Source of the DNA: Camelus dromedarius
Lineage: Eukaryota
Direction of reading: 5' to 3'
Assembly: GCF_036321535.1 (NCBI RefSeq)
Contig: NC_087437.1
Coordinates: forward strand, 36,706,001-36,770,000
Length of the DNA: 64,000 bases
Shown: positions 1-13,220 of the stretch, piece after piece
Layout: each line of letters opens with the position of its first letter
Numbering within the stretch: position 1 is the stretch's first letter
Program-made: the position numbers and the translations under genes
The notes under the pieces: model-generated
Database searches by the model: none
What the model was told of the DNA's origin: nothing
What the model saw: only the letters and a program-made list of their open reading frames with translations

Positions 1-2129
1 TAGTTATGTATATTTTTTGCTTAAAACCCTAATTATTGGTATCTAATGTCACTAAATGATGAGGATACAAGTTCCATTCATTCCTTGAAGCTGAATATAA
101 TTATTGAATATTTAAAAATAATGAGATATTCTTATAATCACTGTTAAGTACTTTACCTGTGTATAGAGATAAATAAAAGATTATTCTTTGTTATTTTGTA
201 TGGATAAATGATATTTTTCTCATGAGCTAGAGGAAATTATCACAATGTTTGCCCAGGTGTTTCTCACATGCTTACAGAACTGAGTGGTGCTATTACCAGA
301 CTCTACTTTCTCTCTTTAATAGCCAGAGTACAATTGTGGAATTGTGATATGTGCTGTAAAACAATTAGTTTTTGAATTATGTAATTGCTACCTTTTCTCT
401 GTTAGTTTTACTCCCCTTCAACTGAGTTAAATTTTCTTTCCTCTTTCTTCCTGAATATTTTCTCTATTAATGTACATAGAAATACATTTTAGTCCCTCCT
501 TGTAATTTCTAGTCACCCATATCTGCTTTTTAAAAACCTATATAGTCCATAACCCTACTCTTATGGATTAAGTATTAAAGAAACAAGGGTGTGGTCTCCT
601 CTCCAGCTAAAGGTACCACAGTCATAATTCTGAAGGCAGTTGAAATCTGAGACTTTCAGCACTCAAGTTTTTCATTAGGTGACCTTTTTTGAAACAAACT
701 ACAGATGGTAGAGATACCCATCTATAAGCTATCAAGTTGTGTACATGGCTCTGTACTAATTACTCCCAAACTCTGATTTTTAGAATGCCTGACACATGAC
801 ATTTGGAATTTTAGTTTACAGAGGCTTTTTCTAAACAGTTTGCTATGCTGTCTTGTAATTTTCTTTGGAAATATTTTACTATTTGAATAATTTTCCCATC
901 AGAAATTCTACCAGATAAACCTTAAACAAGGTTCTTGACTCTTGAAAAATAAGGAGTTTAACAGTCTGAGAAGACTATAGCACAGAATATTACAAGGTTG
1001 TTATTACCTCCTGCAGCTCCTGACAAAACATTCAGTACTCTAGAATACTGGGAACACTATTACACGTTTACTTCCGATCTCAGTAAGGAGTGGGACGAGC
1101 AGCCCTATGTAGCGATGGACCTCTGTATAGAAAAGTGAAGAGAAATTTGTTCTTGCAACAATTTGTATTTTTCAGGTCTTTTCATTTTGATTCTTTGGGA
1201 GAAATATGGTTGCTTAGGAGAATCTTCAATAGCACTTCTTCTTGGAATACAGTGTTTCCCGAACTTAGTTCAGTATCTGAAACATCACCACAAGATTTCA
1301 GATTCTTGAATGTTACTTTGTGTTGTCTTTATTCTAAATGGTCATAATTGAATGCCATCCTTTGCTTCCTTAAACAGCTAAATAAGGAAAGTTCATTTAG
1401 TTTAAACAATTGGAAATATGTATGGAGGTAAGGGTAGAGTAATGGTTTAATTTTTTCTGCCTGTGATATTTAAAATCCAGTAACATATGCCTCAATGAGC
1501 TGAATATATAGGAAGGACATGGCGTAGGTGGCAGGAAACAAAATTATGTATCATATAAATAATTCAAAACAAATCATCCAAAATTATCTTAGCAAGGTAA
1601 TTTCAGATATAACATTGCAAACTATCTAATTCAGAAAATAGTATATTTGCAAATACGATTAAATGAAGTCTCATCCTAACAAAACAGTCTGAGGGCCATG
1701 TTTAGGTCAGACTGCTGCATATACCATTACCTTTCTTGGTAATCTCTTTGTTCTCTATTTTCTTCAGGTAACTCCATTACTTTTTTTCTTTTCATTCCTC
1801 CATATGGCTTCACAAAGGGAGAAATAGAGGAATTACAGGGCAGTGATAATCATGAGCAATGAAGCATGAAACAGTGGTTCTTCCTCTTGAGGTCATGATC
1901 TGTGTTCCTTTATGCAGCAGATTGATACTCAGTTAAGTTTTAAAAATGTTAAAGATTGGGCTGATTACTCTGTTTATCTCTACTGTTTGTTATCTTTTTC
2001 AATATTCTGCACTTTACTAATATTTCACTCTTAGAATTTTTAGTCTCCCTGAATCATATCAATTTTCTGACAACTGAATCAAAATAGTCTAAAACTTAGG
2101 GTATTTATTTTTTAAAAAAAAACAAGTGT

Positions 2130-2502
2130 GAATAATTTAATTCAGAGATCATCTCTGAAAACCCTGACAGAAGAATGAGACTAATTGGGAGAGAGGGAAA
2201 GAACATCAGTAAATTTGCATTACTTACAAATTACCACAACAAAAGTTTAATCCCACCAGGGACTTGGAAAGCCAGCATAGAACAAACTCTTCACCCAAAG
2301 AAGCTGCGGTATTTATTTACCAATTTTTGTTTGTCATTGGTTGGGTAGTGTGGTGTTAATTCCATAGCAATTCTGGCTTGCCACTTGTATTGACAAATTG
2401 GGTTCAGTGGCCAGAAAAACCTTCACGCAAAGGGATGCAGCTGCCACCAGTTGAAACTCCAGCCCAAGGGATATATACTAGGCACTGACAGCATCTACTG
2501 TA
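2130..2502 (-). mobile_element. Degenerate LTR33-like ERVL solo LTR
   Basis: Resembles the reverse complement of the LTR33 consensus as recalled (ggtatttat..accaa..gtcattggttg..gttaattcc..gccagaaaaaccttca.gcaaag..gcactgacagcatctact). Left boundary approximate. Confidence 0.65.
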
Positions 2503-5500
2503 AGTCCTCAGTATGGATGAGTGTCATTTCAATGTTTCTGAACATTTCTAAGCAAACACATTGCCTTCAAAGTATGTAGATAACCATATTGCCTTACTTG
2601 ACATGAATACAAAAAAATCTGTTCAAGGCCCACATTAATGAAATATAGGAAAAATTATATACTTCCTTGTTGTCCTCAATTTCTCTATTCAAAGAGGGTG
2701 GCTTCTCTGTTGTTTATTCGTAGAATGAAAATGTATGGAGAAACATCCATAAATTGAAAGAAAATAAAACTATAAAATTAAGATTACTTTTATTAAACAG
2801 TTTTAAAAAGAGCAAGTAAATCGCCCAGTAACTTAAAGGAAGGCAAATTATTGTGCAATTATTTAACTTAAATTTTAGAAAGTTCACAGTGAAGCTACTA
2901 AAGTCTTGTGATTAGTATCATTTGCCAAATTATAGGTGATTTTTAAGTAGAACATCAATTGCATCTGATAAATTATGTTTTCATTGATCCATGGATATTT
3001 TGATATCCGGAGTTATCTTAACATGTAGAGAATCGCTAAAGATAGACCCAGCATGTTGCTAAAATTGATACCTCTAATTTGCATCACAGCATGTAACAGT
3101 CATGACAGTTAAGCCAACTGATATTATTACTTATGATTGCTTCTTATCAGAAACTGTAATATTTTCCCCATTAAGTGGGAAGTAGAGTTGGGCAGAATTA
3201 AACTTAGTGCTATAATTATTTCCCTCTTAGGCAGAATTCATCAAAACCAACAGTGAGGTTCAAAATGACCAGTAATAAAATTAGGAAGAGAAATGATTGT
3301 CTGTAAAGCTCAATTTAATGGGACTGGACTCACAGAGAAAATAACCACATAGTAAATTAGATCAAATAAAAGAAGTAGACTGGCCTACATATATTAAATT
3401 AAGAAGAACAAAATAAAACAAAACAGTAAGTTACATTACCATAATTTCAGATATTTATATCATCTAACCTTTTTCTAATTAAAATATTACTTTGTTATAA
3501 AAATGGTACATACACATATTAAAAGCTTAAAAGAAAGAGAGAAATTCTCTCACTTCTGAATCTAGCCCATATTCCAGAGGATGAGTCAGAGTATCTTGTG
3601 TAATTACTTAAATGGTGGGATCCCTGGCTTATATTGATTATAACATCTTTCATAAGCAATGAAAATTTTTGCTTTTCTATACTCATACAGTGTTATGTAT
3701 TTTTACCATTACTGATTTTGCCTAATTAGTAGATGATAAAAGAAACCCATGCTTTAATTTTTATTTCCTTGTGGCAGGTGATGTTAAACATCTAATGTTT
3801 AAAGGACCCATTCTTTTTCTTGGGTTTTGAATCACCTGTTCATATTTTTATTCATTTATACATTATTCTTTTATTCATTTATATATTGTTCTTTGACATT
3901 TATTCATTTGTGGAAAACCTTTGGGTATTGATCCACTAGAGGAAGGGAAGATTAGTCATCTCTGTGATCTACAGCCAGTCTAGACCATTGAAACTCTTTC
4001 CTTCCACATAATGTTTTAATGATTTTAGTAGCTTTACTTAAAAAGTATGTTTATATATCTGATCTTGTAATCCTTATCTGATAAAGTAATCATAACTTAC
4101 TGATATTATCATCTCAATTTTAGAGTTGAAGAAATGAAAACTCGGTCAGTAATTTGACGAAGACCCATAACAGAAATACATTTTTTTTCTGCTGACTCCT
4201 TGCAATTTTTTCCAAATATGCAATCCATTATCCCTATTTTACTAAGAGTATTGTTATATTCATTATCGTGCACCAATTTGTTCTATTAAGTTTTCTTTAT
4301 TGAGTGTTTCCTAATTAATGAAAAAACAGGTTAATTTCCTGGAAATTTGTGCCAAAATCTGCTCTTTACTAGATTATCATTTCAATACTCCCATAACTGG
4401 CCATAAACTTTAATAAAACTGAATCGGCTGTTCCCCATACTGCTGCAAGCTTGGCACCAAAATCAACGTCCACATTAAAGCAGCTTTCTGGAATGGTCCT
4501 AAATAATTTATGCTAACTATTGCCAAACTATTACCTTCTTTATAAGGCTGGGTACATTTCTTCCTCGTCAGTGAAAACTGTTATGATCTTATCAAACCAA
4601 GGTCAGAATTTTCTCACTCTCTGGATTTCCATGAATTTTACAATATTCTTATAAAGTAAGTTGATTTGCTTAAATATAATAATCTTTCAAATAATGCTCA
4701 TAAAACTATATTCACTTCCTATTAATATGCAGCTGACAACAGAAAGTAACTATACATAAACTAATGCAGTTAGTTGGCATTACTCACAAGTATCGATTAT
4801 TAGCAAGCTGGGAGTTGAAGAAATTCTGGGATACTCTTTATGAACTGAAAAATAATTATTTAAGATTTAAGAATAAAAAGGATAAGGAAGAAAGAGGTAG
4901 AAACTGAATAGATAATTAAAAATATAAGCATGAATGTAGTCATATGACCAGGTTAATATTTGGAAAACTGAAAAAAAATATATTTCCTAATATTCCAGAA
5001 TTTTACTGTCTGCCTTCATACCAGCCTTAAGATGTGTGTTTTGTCAAGGTAACAGAGAGCAGCAGCTCATTAGAGAAAATTTTTGGAAACCAAAAAGTGG
5101 ACTCTTTAATTAACAAGGGAGACAAATGCTAGTACTAATAGAGGGAAGGTAACTCTCCATTGGCAGGGGAGAAACAGCAATGGGAGGTTAGGAGATGAAA
5201 GTGAAGTGAGTTTAAAAAAAAAAAAAAGATGTGGAAGAACAACAAAGCTAGAAAAGAGGAAAGGGAAAAGTAAGAGGCAAATAGGTAAGGGAGAATTTAA
5301 ACTACCCTGGATATGGAAGTCAAGAGACTGTCACAAGTGTATAGACAAAGAAATGAGCATCAGCTGGACTAGACCAGTAGCACACTACATGATTTGTGCC
5401 CTTACAAATTTTTATGGTAAAAGTCGGGGAACTATAGAGGATGCCCTATCTAGACACTGTCCCAGAATAGTCTAGGGTTTGCATAAACTCTTCTGGTGTT

Positions 5501-8049
5501 TTCCTTTCAATCCTGTGCAATGCAGGTTGTACCTTATATACCTGTGAGGATTATCACAGGTACATTGTTTAAACCATTTTATTTGTAAGTATCTCCATAT
5601 TTACTCACATATCAATTTCTCAAATTAATGCTGTTTCATGCACTGGTTTTTCTAAAGATTATCTCATTTCACTTATTAACTTGAGTCATTTTTTTTCAGA
5701 ATTCAAACATATGCATGCATTTTAATTTCTGCCTAAAGTATATGACATTGAATTTTGTACAAACATTTAATGAATTCACCAATAAAGGATGGCTATTGAT
5801 TCATATTGCTATTTAGAAGGTTATTAGATTATTACAGATAAACAGAAAATGTTCTACAGATACCATTTTTACTATTTCAGTAGTTGCTTCAATTATGCTA
5901 TAAAGTGTAGAAATACTGCCAGTTAACTTTAAAAGACAGCATAATAGAGGAAATGAATATAAAATGGCTCCAAATTATTTTAGTTTAATAAAATAATGTC
6001 TTGGGTTCACTCTTTTTAATCCTATCTACTTTCTGATTCTTATGGTCCTTGAAAACAGTACTGTGAATGACTGAACAGAATATTATATCTGATTTTGTGC
6101 TGGAAAATTGAAACAGCATGTGATCATGGCTAAGCAGGAGCTTTATGGAAGTAGCAAATAGTTACATGATTACTGAAGTATAGCTGTCATTGAAAATAGA
6201 AACCTGCAAGGAGCCTATCATAAAAGTAGCAATTTCAGATTCACTAGTGTTTAAAATTAAAGTTTAGTAATTCATTGTGGATATTTCTTCTTAATGGCTT
6301 TCAGAAAGTTTTTTACTTTCACTTAGCATTTTTGCTGGTTTTTTTTTTTCTTAATGTCCTGCTTTTCAGAATGAAAATATTTTTTAAGATCAGTAATTCA
6401 TTGTTATAAGGCTGTGTAAATAAAATACTCCAAAAATTTTGAATTATGAAATAATGGTCAATTGTTAGTTACAGTTCATACGTTGAGGGATGAATCGTAT
6501 TATATTAGGTAAATCAATTTGACTATTTTTTTTTCCTTCCCTATTCTGGAGTATAATTATCAGATGGATGAACTTAATTAGAAACATGACAAAACCTTCA
6601 AGTATAAGTGTTTGGTGAAAATAAAATAATGGCTATTTAAATAGTTGTACATAAATGTATGATATTATACTGTCTTAAGAAGTAGAGATGGGAAATGGGT
6701 TTAAGAAATTGGACACTAGCTATAGAAAAAAATTTTGAACAAGGAAGTATCTAGATTTTTTTTCATTTTTGTTTATTTAGCATGAAATGTATCTGGACTA
6801 ATACATCTGTGGAGATGTGTGTGAAATATTACAGAGAAACATTAAAGATTTAGTTTGGGGAAAAAAAAACTTCAGGGTGGTTGATAAAAATGATCAGGGT
6901 TTGAGACAAATTAGACAAAATAAGGGATGTATTAAATACAAATAGAAATAAACACTTTAGGTTGAGAAGATTTAAGAGAGAAGATAAACTGTTTGGGACT
7001 TTAATGCCATTTTAGCCATACAATATTTTAAGTACTGGAGGAACAAGGTTCTATGATGACATCAAGTTGAAGCACTATCATAAACAACACTGAATACAAA
7101 AGCATAAGCCTCATATAATAAGGGCATTGTAATATTACGTATTTTTCAATGTTAAATTTCCAAAATAATGTTTTTAAAAGTTTACATTTTATTACCAACC
7201 AGGATAAGAAACTTTCTACAATATATCCAAAAGCATTTATTTAGATAATATTGCAAATGGCATATAAACACATAGCGTATACATTAGGCAAATAGGATAT
7301 AAGATAGATACATATGTATGTGTATAGCAATTAGTATAGATAGAAATCTACATATAAAGAGTAAACAACATATTTTAGAGTTATTTATTGATATAGGATT
7401 AATATTTAAATCTAACAGAACGGAATATTTCATAACTAGAGGATAGCTCATTTTGTTTGTGAATACACTGATTGTATTTTTTAGTGAAATAGTTCAAAAT
7501 GAGACCAAAGCAAGGGCAAAGGACAGGAAAAAAACCTGCTTATAGAAACAAAAGTATTGAAAATATGAAAAGTGATATTTAAAGATCTACAAGTCTAGTT
7601 AGTCCTCATATTTTTCACTGTAATCTGTAACCTTATTCTTCTAAAGTATGCATTCCTGCCCTAAACCACTCAATCTTTTTTAAAATACTATGGTTTTACC
7701 TGCCTCAGGCTTTTGTTTATTCTGTTTTTCTGTTTGGCGGACTCTTCAAGCTTGTTTCCCCACATGTGGAAAATGTCTTTGCCCATCAAGACATGTCTCC
7801 CATTGCCACCTATGTCTTTCATGATTCTTTTACTCACAATTAAATCTTTCCCTTTTATTGCCATAACCATTTGCTAAATCTTCTATTCAGAGCAAATTTT
7901 AATATGTTAATATATATTTAATTGTTTACATGTCATTCTTCTGAATTATATGTACCAAAAAGTTTGAAGGAAAAGCAGAAAAAAGAGCTAATAACTGAGA
8001 TGAGATAGAAATATTGAGAAATCAAGTATATTTTGTTAAGTACAATTTT

Positions 8050-9710
8050 ATTCTTAGGATTTTACCCCAGAGAAATAAAAAAACAGAAATAAGCCAAATA
8101 TCCATTAAAAGAGAATAAATAATCAAATTGTGCTATTTTCATACAAGAGAATGATGCCACTTAGCAAATGAAAAAGAATAAGTATCTGATGCATACAAAC
8201 ATTTGTATGAATATCACAGATATTATTATACCGAGTGAAAAAAATCAAAAGAGAAATATACATATGATTTTATTCCTTTATGTGAAGTTCTAGAACAGAA
8301 ACAAATAACCTATGGTAGAAATATTCAGAAAAAGGTGGAAGTAGGTGACTAAGACTGAGTATGAGAGAACTTTTTAGAGTGATGAGAACAAAGGTGCAAA
8401 GGTGTATGTACTCATCAATACATTAAATTCTACATTTAAAATATATGCAGTAAAAGTTTGCAAATTTTCTTTAAAAAAACTATAAAATAATGAATTTTAT
8501 TTAGTATCTTGCTTTCTTCTGTAGTATAGGTTGGCAAATCTTATTTTCCATACATTCAAGGCATTAGATGATAAGTAAAAACACTAAAAATAACAGGAAC
8601 CAGAAAAGAGTCACAAATATGGAAAAAGAAAAAGTGTAGAATGTACTGTGGATTGTAATTAGAATTATCTATATAAACTCTTTACACAGTTGAACAAACA
8701 CATTTGATGGTAGAGAATTCTCTATGAATCTCTTCCATTTTTGCCTATTGTCTGAGAAAAAGTGTTAAAAGCATCTGTCCCAAGTAGCTCTCCAAGACTA
8801 TTTTTGCAGCATTAACTCTGAGGGGATAAATATAGGATCTCCTTTGCTCCCTCTGATCAGGGTAGTAAAGACTCAGTCCAGGGCCAAATTTGGGCAGATT
8901 TGCTAGCAACTACCTTATAATTTTGAAAGTTTCCCTTAGGTCATGTTTCCTCAATCATGACACAAAACCTACTATGTGGACAGTATCCACCTGGATCTAC
9001 CTCTGAATCACCCTGAGAGGCTTGGGGGCAAGAGGAACTGATGGGAATATGAAGTTCTTGATGCCTACTATGCCATGAGGAGCAAAGTCCTTGGATCTGG
9101 GTATCCTGTGTTCTCTGCCTGCATCTATAAATCCATTCAGGCTAACTTCTTAGTTTAACTTAGCTTTCAAGTAGAGTAAAATTTCAGAACTCACAATTCC
9201 CTATAATACCCATCTGTTTCTGGATTTTTCTGACGAAAGGGCCTAAAATCAATGACATAAATACCCCATAGATGACCATCCCTAGCATGCAGATTTTGGT
9301 CTTTGAATACCATTCAACACTAAAAAGAAACAAGGTTTTTTTTGAGAATCCACTGAATCCAGTTCTAGTTCTGGCGAAGAAGTGCAAAGGAATGATGGTG
9401 CTAAGTCTTAACCAAGTGGTTATATTTAACATCATCAACTTTGGGGACAAATCAGTATCACTTGCCCCCTGATTGTGATACACTGAGAATGCATCACTTT
9501 AGAACTATCACTACGTAAACTGTACAACCTAAATCTAATCATGAAGAAACATCACTGGGGAACATCCTACAATATAAATGACCTGTGCTGTTTAGAAATA
9601 TAAAGGTCACAAAAGAGAAAGAAACTCTGAAGAATTATTCTAGTTTCTAAAAGACTAGCAGTACCTCACAAATAACTGCAAAATGTGAACTTTGTAGATA
9701 GAACATTTGA
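8050..9710 (+). mobile_element. Ancient L1 (L1MC/L1MD-like) 3' end, interrupted by an LTR at ~8707-9210
   Basis: Eroded L1 3'-UTR motifs: tatgattttattcctttatgtgaagttctagaacag; cctagcatgcagattttggtctttgaataccattcaacactaaaaagaaac; aacctaaatctaatcatgaagaaacatca. Confidence 0.65.
8707..9210 (+). mobile_element. MER77/MER68-like ERVL solo LTR nested in old L1
   Basis: 3' end (aaagtccttgg..ctgcatctataaa..caggctaacttcttag..caagtagagtaaaatttcaga) resembles the MER77/MER68 U5 as recalled. Old-L1 sequence lies on both sides. Confidence 0.6.
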
Positions 9711-9719
9711 TCATGGGAC

Positions 9720-10210
9720 ACCAAATAACTATCCTTCAGAATGACCCATTCTGCACTGGGTATTGATGACCTGCCAAGTTACAAGGTCTAATAAGCCAGC
9801 AGTAGATGCAAATGGTACACCTGAGACCAAGAGTGAACAGAAGGAAAGGGCATGAGGAAGCTGTGTTAGGTGGTATTCAAGACCTCCACACAGCTGTTCC
9901 CAGGTCTTGAACCTATTGCTTTCTGGGATGTACCATCAGATCAGCTGAAGACGAAAGAAAAGCCTGAGCTAGATTATGGATGATTTGGCTTGATATGTGT
10001 GGGCAAGATGAATATGTAAACCACTGCCTCACGACCACATTCAGTATGGCCCTGAAAGACACTAGAGTGGGAAAATCTTCCCAATGGGCAGAATGGAGAA
10101 CAGAGCACCTAGTCATTCATTTTGTGGGGAAGAAGTAGCCTGAGGTGAGAATATACACATTCTTGCAGAGAGGGAAATGGCCTGGCCTGGTCAAGGGCCT
10201 GGAAAGAAAA
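9720..10210 (+). mobile_element. ERVL-class internal fragment (pol connection/RNase H region), decayed
   Basis: 10070-10159 translates to GKSSQWAEWRTEHLVIHFVGKK*PEVRIYT, matching the class III ERV RNase H motif (GKSSQWAELRAVHL...WPEVRIYTDS). Stops and frameshifts are present. Confidence 0.8.
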
Positions 10211-10800
10211 TGCCTTTGCCTTTTGATGCATATTTTCCATAGTCCACATTTCTTTCTTTCTTGTTTATTTGCTGCCTTCCAGGATCTTCTGTTAGTGCCC
10301 ATGCATCTGACCTTGGAGCATCTCTAGCCCATCATCTACAATGTGTGGTTCCCAAAGCTTAATAGTCATAGATGTACTTGTGAAGCCTATTTGAACTATC
10401 TGTTTCCAGGGCATGTGTAAGTTCAAGATTTCTAGTGATTCAATGGATCACATTTTTCCTCTATTATTTAGAACTCACTAATACTGAAATTTTATAGTTT
10501 TTCACTTACTTTATGCCCACTGTAATAAATTATCTATACCAACACAATTATTTAGATTGGATATCATCAATAGAAGATAACATGACTATCACTTAGTCAC
10601 TATCATTGTAAATTATTTTTAATAGATTACCGGACTGAATATTTTAATTCTGATTTCTAGTCCTCTTGGACATGATAATTTATGTTCAATCATGAGGCTG
10701 GTTTATAGTGTTGGATGAATGAATACATAGTGAATCAGTGAATGTGAATATTTTATTTTTAGTTTATTTAAATGTACAGCTCAAGACCAAGATGCTACTA

Positions 10801-11317
10801 TGTTCAAACAAATCTGATTCTCTGATCATGATGCCTTAAAATTCCCCTCAGCTTGGCTAGACTTTAATAGGCTTCCTGGCTCTGCCTCATACCTCCCTTT
10901 CCTTAGAGCATTTGCTTAAAAAATTGGTAATTGCAGATTTTTCCTGCACCCCTCTGAAATGTAAATCTTCTCTCAGCTTTTTGTTTAAAACCCAGAAATT
11001 TATTTCTCAAGGAACTGGGAGTCATCCTTTTGAATTGCAGTCTCTTAAGGAGGTAGAGCCCTTTTCTCCCAGTCTCTGTGGGCGAGTAGGAGACTGACTT
11101 CAATAAGCAACAATTAACAAACAGAGATAGCTTAATCACAGTGACCAACCTACCGTCTAATATCCTCTAGTACTTTTTCATTTGCTTACTTCAGCGTTTA
11201 AAAATTTTTCTGCCTTTTATTTCAGAGGAGTTGAATTTAATCTCCCCTATTGCAAGTAGTCTCAAATGTAGTCTTCCTTGGCTGTTTAACTCTGTCCACC
11301 GCAATTTTTATTTGACA
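10801..11317 (+). mobile_element. ERV1-class (MER4/MER34/MER39-group-like) solo LTR
   Basis: TG...CA termini (tgttcaaaca...tttgaca). Internal motifs cctctgaaatgtaaatcttc and ggagttgaatttaatctcccctattgcaa, plus a degenerate polyA/U5 tail (gtcttccttggctgtttaac). No clean TSD. Confidence 0.6.
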
Positions 11318-11539
11318 ACCCCCACTTGAGTGTACGCAAGAAAAAGAAACAATCACAAGCACTACCCTGGGAAACCCTAAGAGGAGGGACTGCTTTCTCT
11401 TAAAAGAGGCCACCCGAATCAACCAAAATAGGTATCAGGACCAACCAGCTTTCCTACATTGCTGTGTTCGCTTCCTCTTCTCCGTTCCATTGCTTAAAAC
11501 TAACAGTTTTTAAAGTAAGAAGTAGATAAGGAAATCCTG

Positions 11540-11891
11540 CCTACCCCTCCTCTAAAGGGAGCTTGTGCTCCCTTTAGTTAGTCATCCCCATTTGAAAGTT
11601 ACTGAGCAGTCTTGTGACCCAGGGCACAACTTCCATTCATAGATCTCTTGTCCTCTCACATCCCTGCCACCTCTCAATCTCTCTGGCTGCTGAGAGAAGC
11701 TCTACTCCTTTTGTCTCTCTTCTGAAAAGGTGATGCCCTAGGATCTGTTGGCTATCCAAGGAAGGAAAAGTGGGAGCCCTAGGTAGAAAAGAAGGCTAGC
11801 TGTGCATGTAATTTGACTTTTTACTTAATAGCTTAAATATTATGATATATATTATCTGGGCTTCAGACTCTGCAAATTTGAGGACAGGCCT
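11540..11891. mobile_element. Possible MER45-like hAT DNA transposon relic
   Basis: The end atttgactttttacttaatagcttaaatatt...ctgcaaatttgaggacaggcct resembles a MER45-type terminus. Weak match. Confidence 0.35.
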
Positions 11892-12054
11892 ATACATTTC
11901 AGTTATGCTTGAAATGCTATGACCTAGGTTAAATAATCTCTACTAGTTATGTTTCTATCTGGAAGAAAGGACCATGGCTGACAACTTTCAAAGACAACTG
12001 AGTTCTCACATCTAATAGAGGTTATTGCTGATCTAAAGGGAAAGCAGTTTGTCT

Positions 12055-12461
12055 TGTCAACTGAAAAAAAGTACTCAACCTAAAAGTTGAGAATTACGTT
12101 TTATTTGGCGGACAAAACTGAAGGCTTAATCTCAGAAGACAGCCTCTTAGATAGACAGCTGTGAGAGACTGCTCTGAAGAGGTAAGGGTGAAGCCAGGCT
12201 ATATAGGAGTTTTGCAACAAAAACCAGGTAGTTGAAACATCAGAAGTTTACCATCAATTAAAGAAAACTAGACAGCTCAAGTTAATGAATTTAGTGCTTT
12301 TCTATGTATGGGAAGATGCAAGTCTGGCTCAATGAAATCATTCCTTTGATATGCACCTCAACTATCTAGGGCCATCCTTAATCCCTTCAGGGTGCACAGT
12401 TGAGGACAACTGCAGTGGCTCATGGCTTGATGGCTGCAACACCCTTTGTTTACTGATCTGG
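12055..12461 (-). mobile_element. Cetartiodactyl MER41-like ERV1 solo LTR
   Basis: Strong resemblance to the reverse complement of ungulate MER41-like LTRs as recalled (tgtcaactgaaaaaaa..caacctaaaagttgaga..gttttattt..gactgctctgaagaggtaagg..tctatgtatgggaagatgcaag..ctttgtttactgat). AATAAA on the minus strand near 12100-12105. Confidence 0.75.
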
Positions 12462-13220
12462 AACTTTAGCTTAGAAATTATGAATATTCTATTTTTTTTT
12501 CTGTCTCCCAGTGGGATTTAACTAATTTTGAGTAGTTGTAGATATAAATATTTTGAAATAATATGGGTATCTATGTACATATTTTAGTGTAGCCACTTAC
12601 ATATCTTTAATTGTTCTTGCTATCTATTTAACACTGCACTAAAAATATTTACTGAGCACCCACTCTATCTTATGCAGGCACCATAATATGTGCTAGGTTT
12701 AAAGGAAAGAAAAAGCTTGTAAATTTTCATGAGAAATCTGCCATCTAGGAGTACGTATCCTTAAAATGCAACACTATACCCCTGAGCCATAGTCCATCTT
12801 CTGATTAGTAGATTTAAGCAAGTTCTATATTGAAACTCAAAAACCACAAATATTTTTTTCTTTCCTGAGGTGTGCAGGTTTATAAATGCAAACATACAGG
12901 TGAGAATAATCTACTTTATAGTAAATACACAAGGGGAAGCAACAGTCTGAGAAGTTGGGAATCCCTGTTGTATTCCAAAAGCCTATGAGAGGATGCTGCT
13001 TCTTCTACAGACAATAAAAATATAAAGTCTCTTTAGAGAAAGATAACCAATCCTGATTCAGGAAAGATGAAAAGTTCCCTTATATAAAACAAAGTTTATA
13101 TTTACTGTGATTTCGAGTTTTGGGAAACTTGATGTTAGGCCAATGGATTGGGTGAATTAAACTGAATACTAAAAAATGGTAACTTTAAAATCTTGTTAAA
13201 TGCACTGTTGATTAATGAAG

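Noticed and set aside
7688..7870. Minus-strand ORF ending at a cag|gtaaaa donor-like site
   Set aside because: Lies in an L2-like relic (cctgcctcaggcttttgtttattctgtttttctgtttgg), so the signal is explained by the repeat.
12055..12461. Interferon-inducible GAS enhancer in the MER41-like LTR
   Set aside because: I found no TTC-N3-GAA motif in this copy by eye.
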